Source: Asterionella formosa
Lineage: Eukaryota
NCBI GenBank assembly: GCA_002256025.1
Contig: NKIB01013397.1
Coordinates: 1 to 58,428 of the forward strand
Direction: 5' to 3'
DNA length: 58,428 bases
Shown here: positions 33,791-46,139 of the stretch, in pieces
Layout: each line of letters begins with the position of its first letter
How positions within the stretch are numbered: position 1 is the stretch's first letter
Position numbers and translations under genes: made by a program
Notes under the pieces: model-generated
Seen by the model: the letters and a program-made list of their open reading frames with translations, nothing else
Told to the model about the DNA's origin: nothing
Database searches by the model: none

Positions 33791-35981
33791 CTTTTTGGTC
33801 AGTCCAATCTATCTCCATTGCCATTGTTGATAGCATCATCAATCACTATAATTTCTTGTTCAGAAATTTTCGTTGACAATGGCTTACTCTGACTGCCTGC
33901 TAAAAGCCTTGTTGATGCACAATCTTGCTCCCATGATGACGCTTTCAACTGTAAAGGGAGGTCAGGATCGAATTTCAATTTGGTAGTGACAAAGAAGAGA
34001 CAGCGACATCTCCGATTTTGGAAGGAATGCCTGTATACTTGCACTTGTTGGCCACCTTGAATCTCTAGAATGTTTGGTGCAGAACTCATGAGAGGAAGCA
34101 CCCCCTTGTTGACCACCCTTATCATCGAAGCTAAATTAAACTGTGCTGCATCCTCAATTGAGAACTTCTGGAGCATGTATAACCTCAATTGGTCTGCTGG
34201 TAGCCAGCAATCATGAAGTGCATGTTGACTTATGGCAGCCTTGAAAGAAGTCAATATAAATGGATGAGTGCATTGTTTGCTGTGTGCACCGATGTCTCTT
34301 TGGCTGATGATGGTGAAAATGGTCAGATACAGCTAGCGGTGCACGTGGGAAACAAAATAGATCTGGAGATATTCGCCACTATTGTCAGAGGGAATGAAGC
34401 ATGCGGGAAAAAGGAGCCATGGCGTTGGCTGATGGTATCAGGAGAGGGTGCGCTGTGACCAAACTGTATTTGACTGGAACCGATTAGGGTTAGATGGAGT
34501 GATTTCAGTAACAGAAGCCATTCAAGAAGATGAACTGAGAAGGAGAAAAACGTCATATGGAGTCAATGACACTCAAGGGATCCAAGAGCTCTTTTTAGGC
34601 GGAACAAGCATGGGACTGATGGGTTGCCACGCAGTTGCTACAATGCTCTGAATGTACAAATCACACAGAATTGAGGAAGACACAAATTTCATCATGCGAG
34701 TGAATTGGTTAACTCATTAGTTGATTGTATTCAATATAAAATCCAGGCGTATTTTTGCTATAGTAAGACAAGGCTTATGGTAGATCATCCAGTGCATGTG
34801 CAATTAGGAAGAGTAACTATTGGCTGTGTCCTCTCCCTCTTGTCATATTTGTTCAAGTCACACTTGTAGCCTCAGAAATTTGTCCCAACGAAATTGTTAG
34901 CAAGACTGCGCCAGATTTTTTCGTGTAGATTGTAGGTTTTGTTGGTACAAAGAGCAAGTCATGGCTGCGCCAGGATTTTTGACCCCCTCTGAATTCATAA
35001 AGAAAACATTTAACCACCACTGTACACAATGTGTTTTCAACATGGGGACGACTCTAACAACTAGTATCCCCCTTCCAGATTTTCAGCGCCTCACCATTAA
35101 CAAATCCTTCATCAGCCAAGAACTCACATATTGTTTGTTGCAACAACAGAAGGTGGAACGATGGCTGCAACATTGAGATTGTAAGCAATTGATGCTTTTA
35201 AGGTAAGATTTATTTGCTTGCTATTTTTGCTATCACATCACCAAGCCAGGGATAACTCATACTGATATGCTGTTGTTTTCAACATTCATTTGACATTTGA
35301 ACAGGCCTTTTCAGAAAAGGAGTGCTCTTTTGAAAGCAGGAGTGATAGAAGGTGAAATGATGCAATATGGAGACCCGCAATGGAAGATTTTACTAAGGTA
35401 AGCTTAATCCTCAGTTTTTGTCATCACATCAGCAAAGCGAGCGATAAATCACACGCTTTTGTTATTGTTGTCTACATTTATTTTACATTTTAGCCGTCCA
35501 TTTCACAACAGGAACATTCTTTTGAAGGCATCAGTGATTTGTTTTGCTGCCTGGCTGATACCGGTTTGTTGTTTCAATTCGACTGCCCCGAGAAACAGTT
35601 GAATACTACCACATCTGTGTGTTGTTTTCTGCTGTTGCTAGTTCTATAAATTGAATTACTGACACACTGTTGTTATGTAAATCTATGCAGGTCAATGAAG
35701 AAGTCATTTCAAGGACAAGAAGGAAGCCAGTGTGATGCATTCCGGTTGCAATTTCGCACCAGTATGTCTCTTCAAGAATGAATAATTTTTCCATTCAGAA
35801 TGAATGGCTTCTGTTTGTCTTTCATTTTCCTTACAGACGTCTCATAATGCCTGCCTTATCAAGACTGAAGATGCCATTCTGAAAGAACTGCTTTGTTTGA
35901 TTTCATATCGAGATTTGTTGCCCATGTAATGTGAAATACTGGTTGTTGAATTAGTAATCAACATATTTGATAGTACTTTTA

Positions 35982-36102
35982 AATTACGTAAACAAATTTA
36001 ATACATTACGTGAACTATATTATAGAATTACGTGAACAAAATTATAAGGCAATGTGAACTAAATTACAGAATTAATTGAAGTATTTCAAATAATTACGTG
36101 AA
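35982..36102. repeat. ~22-bp-period degenerate minisatellite (consensus near AATTACGTGAACAAAATTATAG)
   Basis: 5-6 diverged units with a recurring ATTACGTGAA core. Confidence 0.7.
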
Positions 36103-36339
36103 GGTGACGACGTAATATAGTGATGATCAGGAATGCATGCATGATACTTTGATGAAATAATTAACGTGATGTATTCAGATAATATATAGATATATTCAAG
36201 TAAGCATTTTGATGAATTCAACTAATTCATGTGATCCATTCAAAATCAATTAGGCTTATTTACGTGATGGTCACTTCAAGTAATACGCGGCTTAGATGCT
36301 CGTAGGGTGACCCTCTTGCAGCACCTGGGGCGCCACTTA

Positions 36340-36490
36340 TACAGCCAACCTACTTGCGCCACCCAGCCTCGAACATATGTATATTTACAGGCAAGAGACC
36401 ACCTCAGGCGTGTGTTGCATTCAGCAAGTATTCATTGTGCTGCCTGCCGACAAGACCTGTGCTTCCCTAGTTTTGTTAGCGTAGGTGACT
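36340..36490 (-). mobile_element. 5'-truncated SINE-related fragment with the family B core and a different 3' segment
   Basis: 36433-36490 is similar to the reverse complement of 21541-21598. 36387-36427 matches 28951-28991 at 37/41. Confidence 0.65.
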
Positions 36491-37783
36491 ACTGTATACC
36501 TCATTGTCCTGTACCCCCCTATGGTGTTGACACTATGGTTGCTGGTCCCCCTGTACATTTTTCTCGAGGTGGACCCAAACACCCAATAATTTTCTGGTCC
36601 TAGACAAAGTAAGGTGCTATATTTCTTTTTGTCCTCGTAGGCACTATTATATATATTTATTTAGCTATCTCGTTGCGTTCCTTTTGTACATACAAAACAC
36701 AAGAGAAGACAGGTAGTGGCTGTGAGCAGCTGGAGAATCCTTCATCATGTTGTTGCAACCTTGACCATGATGAGAAAACGAATTATCTCCACGAAAATAG
36801 AGAATGACACTTTGCTATTTGCTAGTTCTACAGGATAGCGCACAGAGAGAGTTCTTCACCTCACAAGAATAACTTGACTTCATGTTGTTATTGGCAATCT
36901 CAATTTTCGTTGTCATTATGAGTGTTATTACTTTTCTGTTTCTTGTTTCCCAATGCTAGTAGCAAAGCCAATTAATTCGAAACTTGCACATTAAGTCTTC
37001 AGGATGCCAACAATGTCAGCAACATATCTTGCCAGCACCAACAAAATATCACTCCATTGCTCCCTGTCATGCTACTCAACCTTGTCCTCCTAAAGTTACA
37101 AAGCCACAAACGCCCACATCAACCAGTAATTTTTTCGACGCATCCTGCTCCTCCTCCTGCCGGATATCAGCAGCCTGCACCACCAGCACCAAACCTCTAT
37201 ACATTTTTGATGTGGCTACGGACTACGGGTAAACTTTTTCCCTTGAAATTTCTATGTACTCCTGACGTTGCTCCTTGGTCCCTGCTCAAACCCAAAATTG
37301 GACTGCCGAAAAATCGTCCAATGTGCCCCATATTGCCCATAAATAAAAAATACTTAGAGATACCAAAAATTACTTACTATTCGTAGACACCCACAGTTTT
37401 TCATCGAAAGCAAGACGATAGCTAGGGTGGGGATTGCCTACTTAATAAAATACCCATCATGGATAGTGTCTAAGTAATCGAAGACGACCTCCGACCTCAA
37501 GCAAATTTTGTATCTGCACGCACGCACATCATCAGCCATTCAAATTAGATAATTTTCCGGGTCATGAAGGTGTATACCGGTAGTATAATGTCGTTATATT
37601 CTTTATTTGCTGGTACTATAATATGTAAAAGAACATTGCTCAAGGCAGTTGTCACGTTTCTATGATATTTGTGGCGGACGCGACGCTTGCTCACCTCTGG
37701 CCATCATGATGACATTGAGACCTCTTTGAAGGTTTCCATCCCCCCGCTTTCCTCCACATCACAGCCAAAGACTCTTTCCAATC

Positions 37784-39889
37784 ATGACGTGCCTATCAAT
37801 AACTATCAATCGTCGTCTCTCTGGATTTGTTGTAGTATTCCTGAGCGTCGCAGTGACTTGTACAAATGCTTTCACTAGCAATAGACACATCTGGTCGCAG
37901 CAGCAGCAGCAGCAGCAGCAGCAGCCCAAGCCCTTCATCCTCCACTCCTCTAGTACGGAAATCACAACTCCATCTTCTTCGGAAGCAGCACCACAAATGG
38001 AGATTGACCGTCGTCGCAATTTAGCCATCATATCGCACCCTGATTCAGGAAAAACTACCATGACGGAAAAACTTCTCCTGTATGGTGGAGCCATTCAACA
38101 AGCAGGAGCGGTTCGACAAAAAGCTGAACAACGAGCAACGGCGTCAGACTTTATGGAAATGGAAAAGGAACGAGGTACATTATTATATGAATCATGTTGA
38201 ACCTGCACTACTATGTAGGTCATTATTCCTTGTCCTCAACTTACTTATATTTCCATTTCTCCTCCCACAAAAAAAAACAGGTATTTCCATTTCCAGTACA
38301 GTTATGAACTTTGATTATCAAGGCCTTCGGGTCAACATTTTAGACACTCCCGGCCATCAAGATTTTTCAGAAGATACATATCGTGCCTTGGCGGCGGCAG
38401 ACAATGCAATCATGCTGCTAGATGCGGCCAAGGGGTTGGAACCACAAACGCGAAAACTCTTTGAAGTGTGTCGGATGCGACAATTGCCGCTCTTTACATT
38501 TTGTAACAAAATGGACAGACCTGCCATGTCCCCGTATGAAATTATGGATCAAATTCAAGAGGAATTTGGATTAGAAACATATCCTATTCTGTGGCCCATT
38601 GGAGATGGGGAGAGATTCAAGGGAGTGTTGGATAGAACAGAAGATATAGTACATCTGTATCAAAAACCAACAACACGAGGTGGCAAGGCAGAAGTTATTC
38701 AGGTGCCACTAGGAGACACTGAGCAACTGAAAAAGTTGATTGATGATCCCGAATTGTTCGGGAAATTGATGGAAGACGCGGAATTATTGTTGGAACTCAT
38801 CAGTCCCTTGGATATGGAACGGGTTTTGGCGGGAGATCAATCGCCCCTCTTTTTTGGTTCCGCTATGTACGTCACGTGTGTAACTGGAGGAATGGGTTAT
38901 TGCTATATTGTAATTTTCACTTTTTGGATTGGAGGAACCATTTTCTGACATTGTTCTCCTCCTTCACTCCTAACTCTCTCTTTGTGTGCACTTTTTCATA
39001 CAGGACCAACTTTGGAGTACAACTTTTTTTGGACAAATTCTGTGACATGGGAACAAAACCAGTGGGTCGAATGGCATCACTCAAGTCTGAGAACACAAAG
39101 AATTTGGATTTGGAACAAAAAACCATTGTCCCAGAACACAATGAGTTTACTGGATTTATTTTCAAGACACAAGCCAATTTGGATCCAAAGCATAGGGATC
39201 GATTGGCATATGTTCGTGTTGTATCTGGAATGTATGAAAAGGGAATCAAAGTGAGTCATTCCAGAAGCAAACCAGGCAAGAAGTATACTCTGGCACAAGC
39301 CCAGGCCTTGTTTGGAAATGATCGTACTAGTGTAGATGTTGCTTATCCTGGAGATATTATTGGGATCAACAATCCAGGCAACTTTGCCATTGGTGATACG
39401 TTGTTTACTGGAACGAGCAAACTTGCTTTTCCTGGTATTCCATCGTTTAGCCCTGAAAAATTCTCCTACATTCGCGCTCCAAACCCTTCCGACTATAAGC
39501 CATTTCGCAAGGGCATTGATCAATTGTTGGATGAAGGTGCTGTTCAAGCGTTGCGTCAACGAAACGATGATGGAGGTGGACCATTGATGTTGGCAGCTGT
39601 GGGTCAGCTCCAGTTCGAAGTCGTCCAAGCCCGTCTTGAGGGTGAATATGGAGTGGAAAGTATAATGGAACCTCTGGGATATAGTCTGGCGAGATGGGCC
39701 CTGGGCGGGTGGGAGGCGGTAGACAAGGCCGACAAGGCAGGCAAGCTGTTTGGAATTTTGATTGTGCAAGATCGTTGGAAACGTCCTGTCTTGCTGTTCC
39801 GAAATGACTGGAAAGCATCCTCCTTGTCAGAAGAGGAGACCTATCTGGAACTCATGCCTTGGTCGCAACCACCCGCGTTTGATGAATAG
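37784..39889 (+). CDS. prfC: Peptide chain release factor 3 (RF3), plastid-targeted; exons 37784-38174, 38281-38866, 39004-39889 (620 aa)
   Basis: [75 protein letters not shown] and AVGQLQFEV. Signal peptide ends TNA-F. Confidence 0.95.
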
Positions 39890-40023
39890 TATGTGAAACT
39901 AAAGAACTAGGCTGAGTCTAGGTCAAGTTTACTAATAAAACTGTCGGCCTAAATTCGTACCATTATACGACAATTGTACGTATGTAAATATAAGAAATCA
40001 GTAACAAGGATAGGCAATTCTTC

Positions 40024-41064
40024 TCATTCCATGGGTGCCAAAGAGTTCTGTTTGACATAGTCGTTCAACTCATTTGTCAGTTTTGTTTTCCCCGCGTCAT
40101 CCAAGAAAGAGGCGTCAATGCCATTCTGAGCAAAATGAATCACATCGGCTTGCGTCAATTTCATCGTTGGTTCATCCGCCAATGCTTGATAATTGTCCGT
40201 AATGTATCCACCAAAGTATGCTGGATCGTCACTATTGATCGTCACACACACACCGAGATCCAAAAGTTTCTTAATATTGTGATCCGCCATTTTGGGAAAG
40301 ATACATAAACAAATGTTGGATATGGGGCACATGGTAAGAGGAATTTTTTCACGTTTCAATAGTTGTACCACCTCTGGATCTTCGTAACAACGGACACCAT
40401 GATCCACACGTTGCACCTTCAAGAGTTCAACCGCGCCTCGAACGTAGTCCGCGGGTCCTTCTTCTCCCGCATGTGCTACAGTGTGAAATCCGTGGGCCCG
40501 AGCGGCATCAAATAGCTCCACATACTTTTCTGGATGATTTCCTTGCTCCGTTGAATCCAACCCAACCCCAGATATCTTATCCTTGTGTTGGCACGCCAAT
40601 TCCAACGTACGGAAGGCATCGTCGATAGGCATGTGTCTAACAAAGCACATGAGTAATTTGGAGGACATGTCGAACTGGGTTTTTGCTTGGACGCAAGCTC
40701 TATGAATGCCATTCACCACCACGTCAAAGGCAACGCCTCGATGCAAATGTGGCTGTGGATCGAAAAAGAGTTCGACGTGCCTGACATTGTCGTTTGTATG
40801 GACTCGTTCCAAGTAGGTCCAGGTCAAATCAAAGAAATCCTGTTCTTGAATCAGAACCTCCATGCCTTGGTAGTACAGCTTCAAAAAGTCCCCTAGGTCA
40901 TTAAACTTGTAGGCCGCGTGGATTTCTTCGACCGAATTGTGTTCCAGAGGTACGTTGTTCCGTTCCGCCAGCGCCATGAGCAGCGAGGGCTCCAACGTGC
41001 CCTCAATGTGCAAGTGCAGCTCCACTTTGGGGACGCCCTTGATGAACTCTGCGGAAACCATCAT
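40024..41064 (-). CDS. Adenine deaminase (adenosine-deaminase fold, Aah1/PA0148-like)
   Basis: PKVELHLHIEGTLEP, FLKLYYQG, FFDPQPH, AHAGEEGP, RVDHGVR and INSDDPAYFGG. Confidence 0.92.
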   Translation of the reverse strand: MMVSAEFIKGVPKVELHLHIEGTLEPSLLMALAERNNVPLEHNSVEEIHAAYKFNDLGDFLKLYYQGMEVLIQEQDFFDLTWTYLERVHTNDNVRHVELFFDPQPHLHRGVAFDVVVNGIHRACVQAKTQFDMSSKLLMCFVRHMPIDDAFRTLELACQHKDKISGVGLDSTEQGNHPEKYVELFDAARAHGFHTVAHAGEEGPADYVRGAVELLKVQRVDHGVRCYEDPEVVQLLKREKIPLTMCPISNICLCIFPKMADHNIKKLLDLGVCVTINSDDPAYFGGYITDNYQALADEPTMKLTQADVIHFAQNGIDASFLDDAGKTKLTNELNDYVKQNSLAPME

Positions 41065-41729
41065 TTGGATGTAATAACTAGATGTTCTTTTCGTTAGTCC
41101 TACCGGTAAACCTGGTGGTACTAACTATATAGAACAATAGACTAGTAGCTGCCTGCCCTGCTATGATAACACTAAAGATATGGCACAGGTATCCAATTAG
41201 CAAGTCGTACGTTTGTATCACTGACGAGGTATATTGTTGCTCCGCCTGCAGAACATTTTATTGTGACCAAGACGATGGAAATTCCCTTCTCATCAGCAGC
41301 AGTATACCGGTACGTAAGAATAGTGCTCCGAGAACTGCAACAGCTAGGATTCGTCATCCTCGTCGGATATTTGGATACAAAAATATATCAAGGGAATTTT
41401 AGGTCAACGTAACAGCCCCTTGGTGGTCATTTAATGTTACCGTTGGTATTCCGAACCTAAAATTCAGGAAATGATGAGAATTTTTCCCCGCCTACTTCAG
41501 ACGAATATTAGTAGACTACCGGGACAAGCAAGGATGCAAGACAAAATTAAACTTCCCTTTCAATCCTGGAATTTTAGGTGCTGAAAAAACTAAAAATGAC
41601 TCGATGCTTTCAATATATCCATACTTTTTCTGCTGTGTAAAACAAAACGTATGACGGATTTCGATGGTCCATAGATTGAGGTCTGCCTGTTGGTACGTTA
41701 TGAATTGGATCCACAGTACCACTTTCCTC

Positions 41730-41821
41730 CCTGCTTGTATACCTTTATGCTCTTTACCTAGAATCAAGATTCCTGCCTGCTTGTATACCATTATGCTCTT
41801 TACCTGGAATCAAGATTCCCT
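41730..41821. repeat. Tandem 46-bp duplication
   Basis: Two copies of CCTGCTTGTATACC(T/A)TTATGCTCTTTACCT(A/G)GAATCAAGATTCC. Confidence 0.9.
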
Positions 41822-42275
41822 GATCCCGCCTCAGTCATCATTAACTGCATGACTGTCGTCAGACATGCATACCGTAGCATGATGGCAACTTTTCATTTGA
41901 ACCCTAGCTCGAAGTAGTGTTTAAAAACAACGAGTCAGATTAATCAAACACGTACGTAATTGTAGATTCGATAGATGGAGATGGGGTCGACAGCATGGAG
42001 GTGTAGTGATGCACGCCATTTGAAGTGTTCAATTTTATCTATTATACACAAAAGATCATTGTTTAAAATCAAACCAGAAATTCGATTTATTTGACAGATT
42101 TAGTCTCCATTTGCTGAAGGGCATGCGAAAATAGATTTGTAAATATAATCTTTTTATGGTAGGTGAAAGCAATAGTACATGGATAGAGTTTGTTAATACA
42201 ATGATGAAAAATGCCTTCATCTAATTATTTCAAGTGAATATATTATAAATTTTACAAATCACACAAGAACTAGAC

Positions 42276-45245
42276 TTAAATATCATTCTTTTCCATATTT
42301 GCCTTTGCAAGGGAATTCACTTCTTCAGTCAATGCATGGTTAACTTGCATAACAGTTTCCAGTTGCATTTCTTTTGCGTTGACGTATTCCGTCAACTCCA
42401 GTATAACTCGCTCTAACTCACAAATCTTTTCCATAGCCTTCATGGCAGACCCATTCACGTTGCGCGACTTGAGTTGTGTGACTAAGGACTGCTGGTATGC
42501 TATTCGATACTCTGTCAAATCTTCCAATGCCTTTTTCTTTTGAGTTTTCAATATTTCGATTTCAGTGATTCTAGAGTCTTCATCAGCAAGAATCCTTTGA
42601 ACATCATGCAAGGTTCGCCCCTTACGACACAATAGAGCAATCTCCTTTGTGAGACTTTCGGCTTTTTGTTTGTAGCTATTTCGTTCTGATTTTAGAATTT
42701 GGTGCATATTTTTTGCTTCATTCAAATCAATCTTGATAGTTGCATTCTTCTTTTGTTCATCCTGAAGTTTAGTAGTCAGGATTTCAATTGTTTTTTGTGC
42801 TTCTTCCACTGCACGTTTGGAGTCATCTTCAGAAGCCGCTGATTTTAGGAGGGTTGCCGCTTGCTCTCGATGAAGTTGGTGCATTTTCTTCAATTCCTCG
42901 TGAATCGTGTGACTGCTGGCTAGTTTGCTGGATAGAGAATCCACGGTGGCTTGCAGGGCATCCATTTTATGCAGCTTACTTTCTCTGGCTTCAATCCCCG
43001 CTGTTAGGACTGCCTTTTCGTTTTGCAGGGACCGCACGTTCTTTTCCAACTGAGCAATGTTTCCCGTTTGGTCCATAATACGTGTTTCCAGCGAACCTAT
43101 TTGAAGCTTGTGGTCGTCTTGGAGCCGTCGCATCATGGCATCTTGTGCTGCCATGCGATTTTGAGTCTTGAGAATGGTGCTTCGAAGATCACTAGACTCG
43201 TCTCGGCTATTTCTCAATTCTTGTTGACACGATGCTAAAGTTTTTTCCGAGACCAACCGTTGAGATTCTGAATGAGCCACTTGCCGTTGAAGGTCCGAAA
43301 CAACCTTGTCCTTTCTTGTCATTTTCGAGAGGAGATGCTGTAATTCCAATTCTAGATTTCTCACTCGATCGTCCACCAATGACAATGATCGTTCCACATG
43401 TGGAGTGTCAGTTACTGGCTTGTTCTCCTCGAGGGGAGTAAAGAATTCCAATGGGGGCTCCGTGATCATTTCTCGCGCGGGCGTAACTGGAGCAATTGTG
43501 ATGATTTCTTCCAAATGCAAAGTGTCATCAAAGAGCACTGTTGATGTGGTCAAATCTGCAGGTTTTCCATTGAAATTGGCAATACCCAATGATAGCAATA
43601 ATGTTTCTCGTGTCAAACGATTTGGTGCTTCTAGTTCCAAACGGCCGTCGTTGGATGCCAATGCACTGACCATGCCTGCTGACTCTTGCAATCCCTTGGG
43701 AAACACAAGATCAAAGCACTTTGGGTTACACGGATCAGACACTGCTGAAATTTGCAAAATGGGCTTTGAGTGTAAAGGTTCTGAAGTACTTCCAGATACT
43801 TGGGAAATAGTCGTTGCACTCAAGACTGTCGTCTTGTCTGTCATGGCAATTTCTATCTGCACTCTAAAAATTCGTCCCTTGGCATTGCCCCGTCCCATCA
43901 AATTGCTGAATTGTGCCCCCCGTCCCAGCGCCTGGCGTGCCCCATTGAACAGTGCCATATCGGCATGAATGCGACCCTTAGTCTCGCACGAAACGACCAT
44001 TTCACCCCGGGAGTGTTGTGCATCAGTATCCTTTTCATCTTGAATCGTCACAATACATTTCAATTGATGGCCCACGTCGGTAGCCGTAGGCTGGTAGGCA
44101 GCGTAGGTTGCTCCTTTGAGCAGCGCCCATCCCATACGTTGCGTTTGATCTTCCGACCTATCAGAGGACGTTTCGACCTTGTTGATGTTTTGAACAGCTC
44201 TAAACCATTGAAATGAATATCCTTGAATGGGGCAGGCTTGAAGCTCTGAGCGCCTAACTGAAATGACAGAGGATGTTGTGGCTTTGCCATTTGTGATTGT
44301 AAGGGGTTCAAATTTATCAAAACAGGTTTGAAGATAGAGTCTGCAGGGTTGTTGTTGGTGTTGCTGAACGATGGTGGTGTCATTCTGTGGTTCCATTGTT
44401 GCAATGACGCTTGCTTCCGTGGCACTAGTAGTAGCAGTAGTAGTGGTGGAATTATTGGGAAGTTGTTGTTGAGCAGCACGGCGTTCCGTTGCAGCTGTAG
44501 CAACAGATTCTGCCACTGCCGATGCGGCAATATTCGCTGTAGCTCGTACACGGGATCCCCACGATGATAGTCGATCCAATGTAGATCGTTCCACAGCAAC
44601 GTCTTCGATGCTATTAATATTTTCATCGTCGACTTGTTTGCTAGGATGGTCGTCTTGTTTGCTAGGATGGTCGTCTTGTCCACGCTCATCTTTGTCGTCA
44701 TCTTCGTCCTTGACAAACCACAAGACAATCGGAGTCTCTGCTTCACGAATGGCTTTCAGAATATCAGTAAAGTCCATTTGTCGCCACTTGTCCTCATCGG
44801 CGTGGTCACTCATAATACCAGCCAACGTTGCACCTCCGACCGCTGCCTCCTTCGTCATTGCTTCGTCATCATCATCACCTTCTTCAGCAGTGTAGGATGC
44901 CACAATAGCTCCTTCGTCTTCTGTACATGGAAGCAACACTAGTCGTGTTTGAAGATCTGAAAAGTCTCGAAAGGTCAGAGAAAAAATTGCTGCAGTTGTT
45001 GTTGTGGGGGTTGTGACATCTGTTGCAATTTCATCTGTAGAAGATGAAAGAATCGCAGCTGATTCAGTTGTTGCAGTTGTGATATCCGTTGCTGTTCTGA
45101 TTTCATCAGAGGACGATGGAAGCACGTTAACAACAATATCATCATGCTCTGGAAGTTCCTCTCCCGCTTGCTCCTTGGCTTTGATGGTCACTGTTAGCTC
45201 TGAATCCACTAGAGACTTCCAGGAAGTGAAGGTTGATGGTGGCAT
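42276..45245 (-). CDS. Hypothetical ~989-aa protein with an A9/SCAB-like Ig(-PH) module and a long C-terminal coiled coil
   Basis: Long open ORF with first ATG at 45245 (ORF-track start is TTG). YSFQWFR...GATYAAYQPTATDVGHQLKCIV is A9/Ig-like. The C-terminus is heptad-rich. Confidence 0.8.
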   Translation of the reverse strand: MPPSTFTSWKSLVDSELTVTIKAKEQAGEELPEHDDIVVNVLPSSSDEIRTATDITTATTESAAILSSSTDEIATDVTTPTTTTAAIFSLTFRDFSDLQTRLVLLPCTEDEGAIVASYTAEEGDDDDEAMTKEAAVGGATLAGIMSDHADEDKWRQMDFTDILKAIREAETPIVLWFVKDEDDDKDERGQDDHPSKQDDHPSKQVDDENINSIEDVAVERSTLDRLSSWGSRVRATANIAASAVAESVATAATERRAAQQQLPNNSTTTTATTSATEASVIATMEPQNDTTIVQQHQQQPCRLYLQTCFDKFEPLTITNGKATTSSVISVRRSELQACPIQGYSFQWFRAVQNINKVETSSDRSEDQTQRMGWALLKGATYAAYQPTATDVGHQLKCIVTIQDEKDTDAQHSRGEMVVSCETKGRIHADMALFNGARQALGRGAQFSNLMGRGNAKGRIFRVQIEIAMTDKTTVLSATTISQVSGSTSEPLHSKPILQISAVSDPCNPKCFDLVFPKGLQESAGMVSALASNDGRLELEAPNRLTRETLLLSLGIANFNGKPADLTTSTVLFDDTLHLEEIITIAPVTPAREMITEPPLEFFTPLEENKPVTDTPHVERSLSLVDDRVRNLELELQHLLSKMTRKDKVVSDLQRQVAHSESQRLVSEKTLASCQQELRNSRDESSDLRSTILKTQNRMAAQDAMMRRLQDDHKLQIGSLETRIMDQTGNIAQLEKNVRSLQNEKAVLTAGIEARESKLHKMDALQATVDSLSSKLASSHTIHEELKKMHQLHREQAATLLKSAASEDDSKRAVEEAQKTIEILTTKLQDEQKKNATIKIDLNEAKNMHQILKSERNSYKQKAESLTKEIALLCRKGRTLHDVQRILADEDSRITEIEILKTQKKKALEDLTEYRIAYQQSLVTQLKSRNVNGSAMKAMEKICELERVILELTEYVNAKEMQLETVMQVNHALTEEVNSLAKANMEKNDI

Positions 45246-46139
45246 TGATGGAAATGCTGTTGTTGGTACTGAGCGATACAATCCCAATGGGTGTTGGTGA
45301 ATCCTGACACTCGATCGTCGTTTGTAAATTGTTTAGGCTATACAGGTATGTATACGGCTAATTTAATGTTTCATGAATATAATTTTTATACATACATTAA
45401 CATTGGTACATCTGCTTCTATGAGGTATGTGCGTCCGGAAAGCGTGTCTTGCAGACCATTTTCACAATTTACGTTGAGCGAGAATGAAATTGCTATGTCA
45501 TTCTAAAAATCAATATTCCGTGCTTCGGTTTGCTCATTGTGCCATTTATTCGTATCTTTGGATATGAGTATATTCATCATTGGAAGGGAGTGTCTCCAAA
45601 ACGAAAATCTAGGATTTTTCCATATACGAGTATATATATAAATGATTCTGTGAGTCGGTTTAGTTTACAAGACTTTTTATTTATTAAAACGACTACTTTT
45701 TCTTACGTGGTCAGACATGAAAATACGGTGCCGTCCTAACGAGAGTTTATCGTCTAAAAGCCAAAATGTATGAGTTGGATGTGCGGAGTACCTGGTACCA
45801 GGCACCGTACATGCATTCTTTGCACAACGTGCGACGAAATGAGACTACCTAATGTGCCTGTGATACCTTGTATGTACAGTTACAAGGTGTAATATAGTTA
45901 CTGCATAGAGTAGAACATACCGGTACGTGGATTTCAACATACATTTTTGATATTATACATTGATACAAGCGAGAGTCTGCCATCCTCACATCATTGTTTC
46001 GAAACAGTGCTGGTTTCATGTCAAGCATTCTTCCGACTTAACAGTGTATTACTTGAATGAATATATAACAACAGCATATTTAAAATGAAAATAAATATGT
46101 TGATATACAAATTAATAATACTTACAACCTCTGGGAGGA

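Noticed and set aside
5441..41064. Nitrogen gene cluster (nirB plus adenine deaminase)
   Set aside because: The genes are over 30 kb apart with unrelated genes between, and no nitrate reductase or transporter is present.
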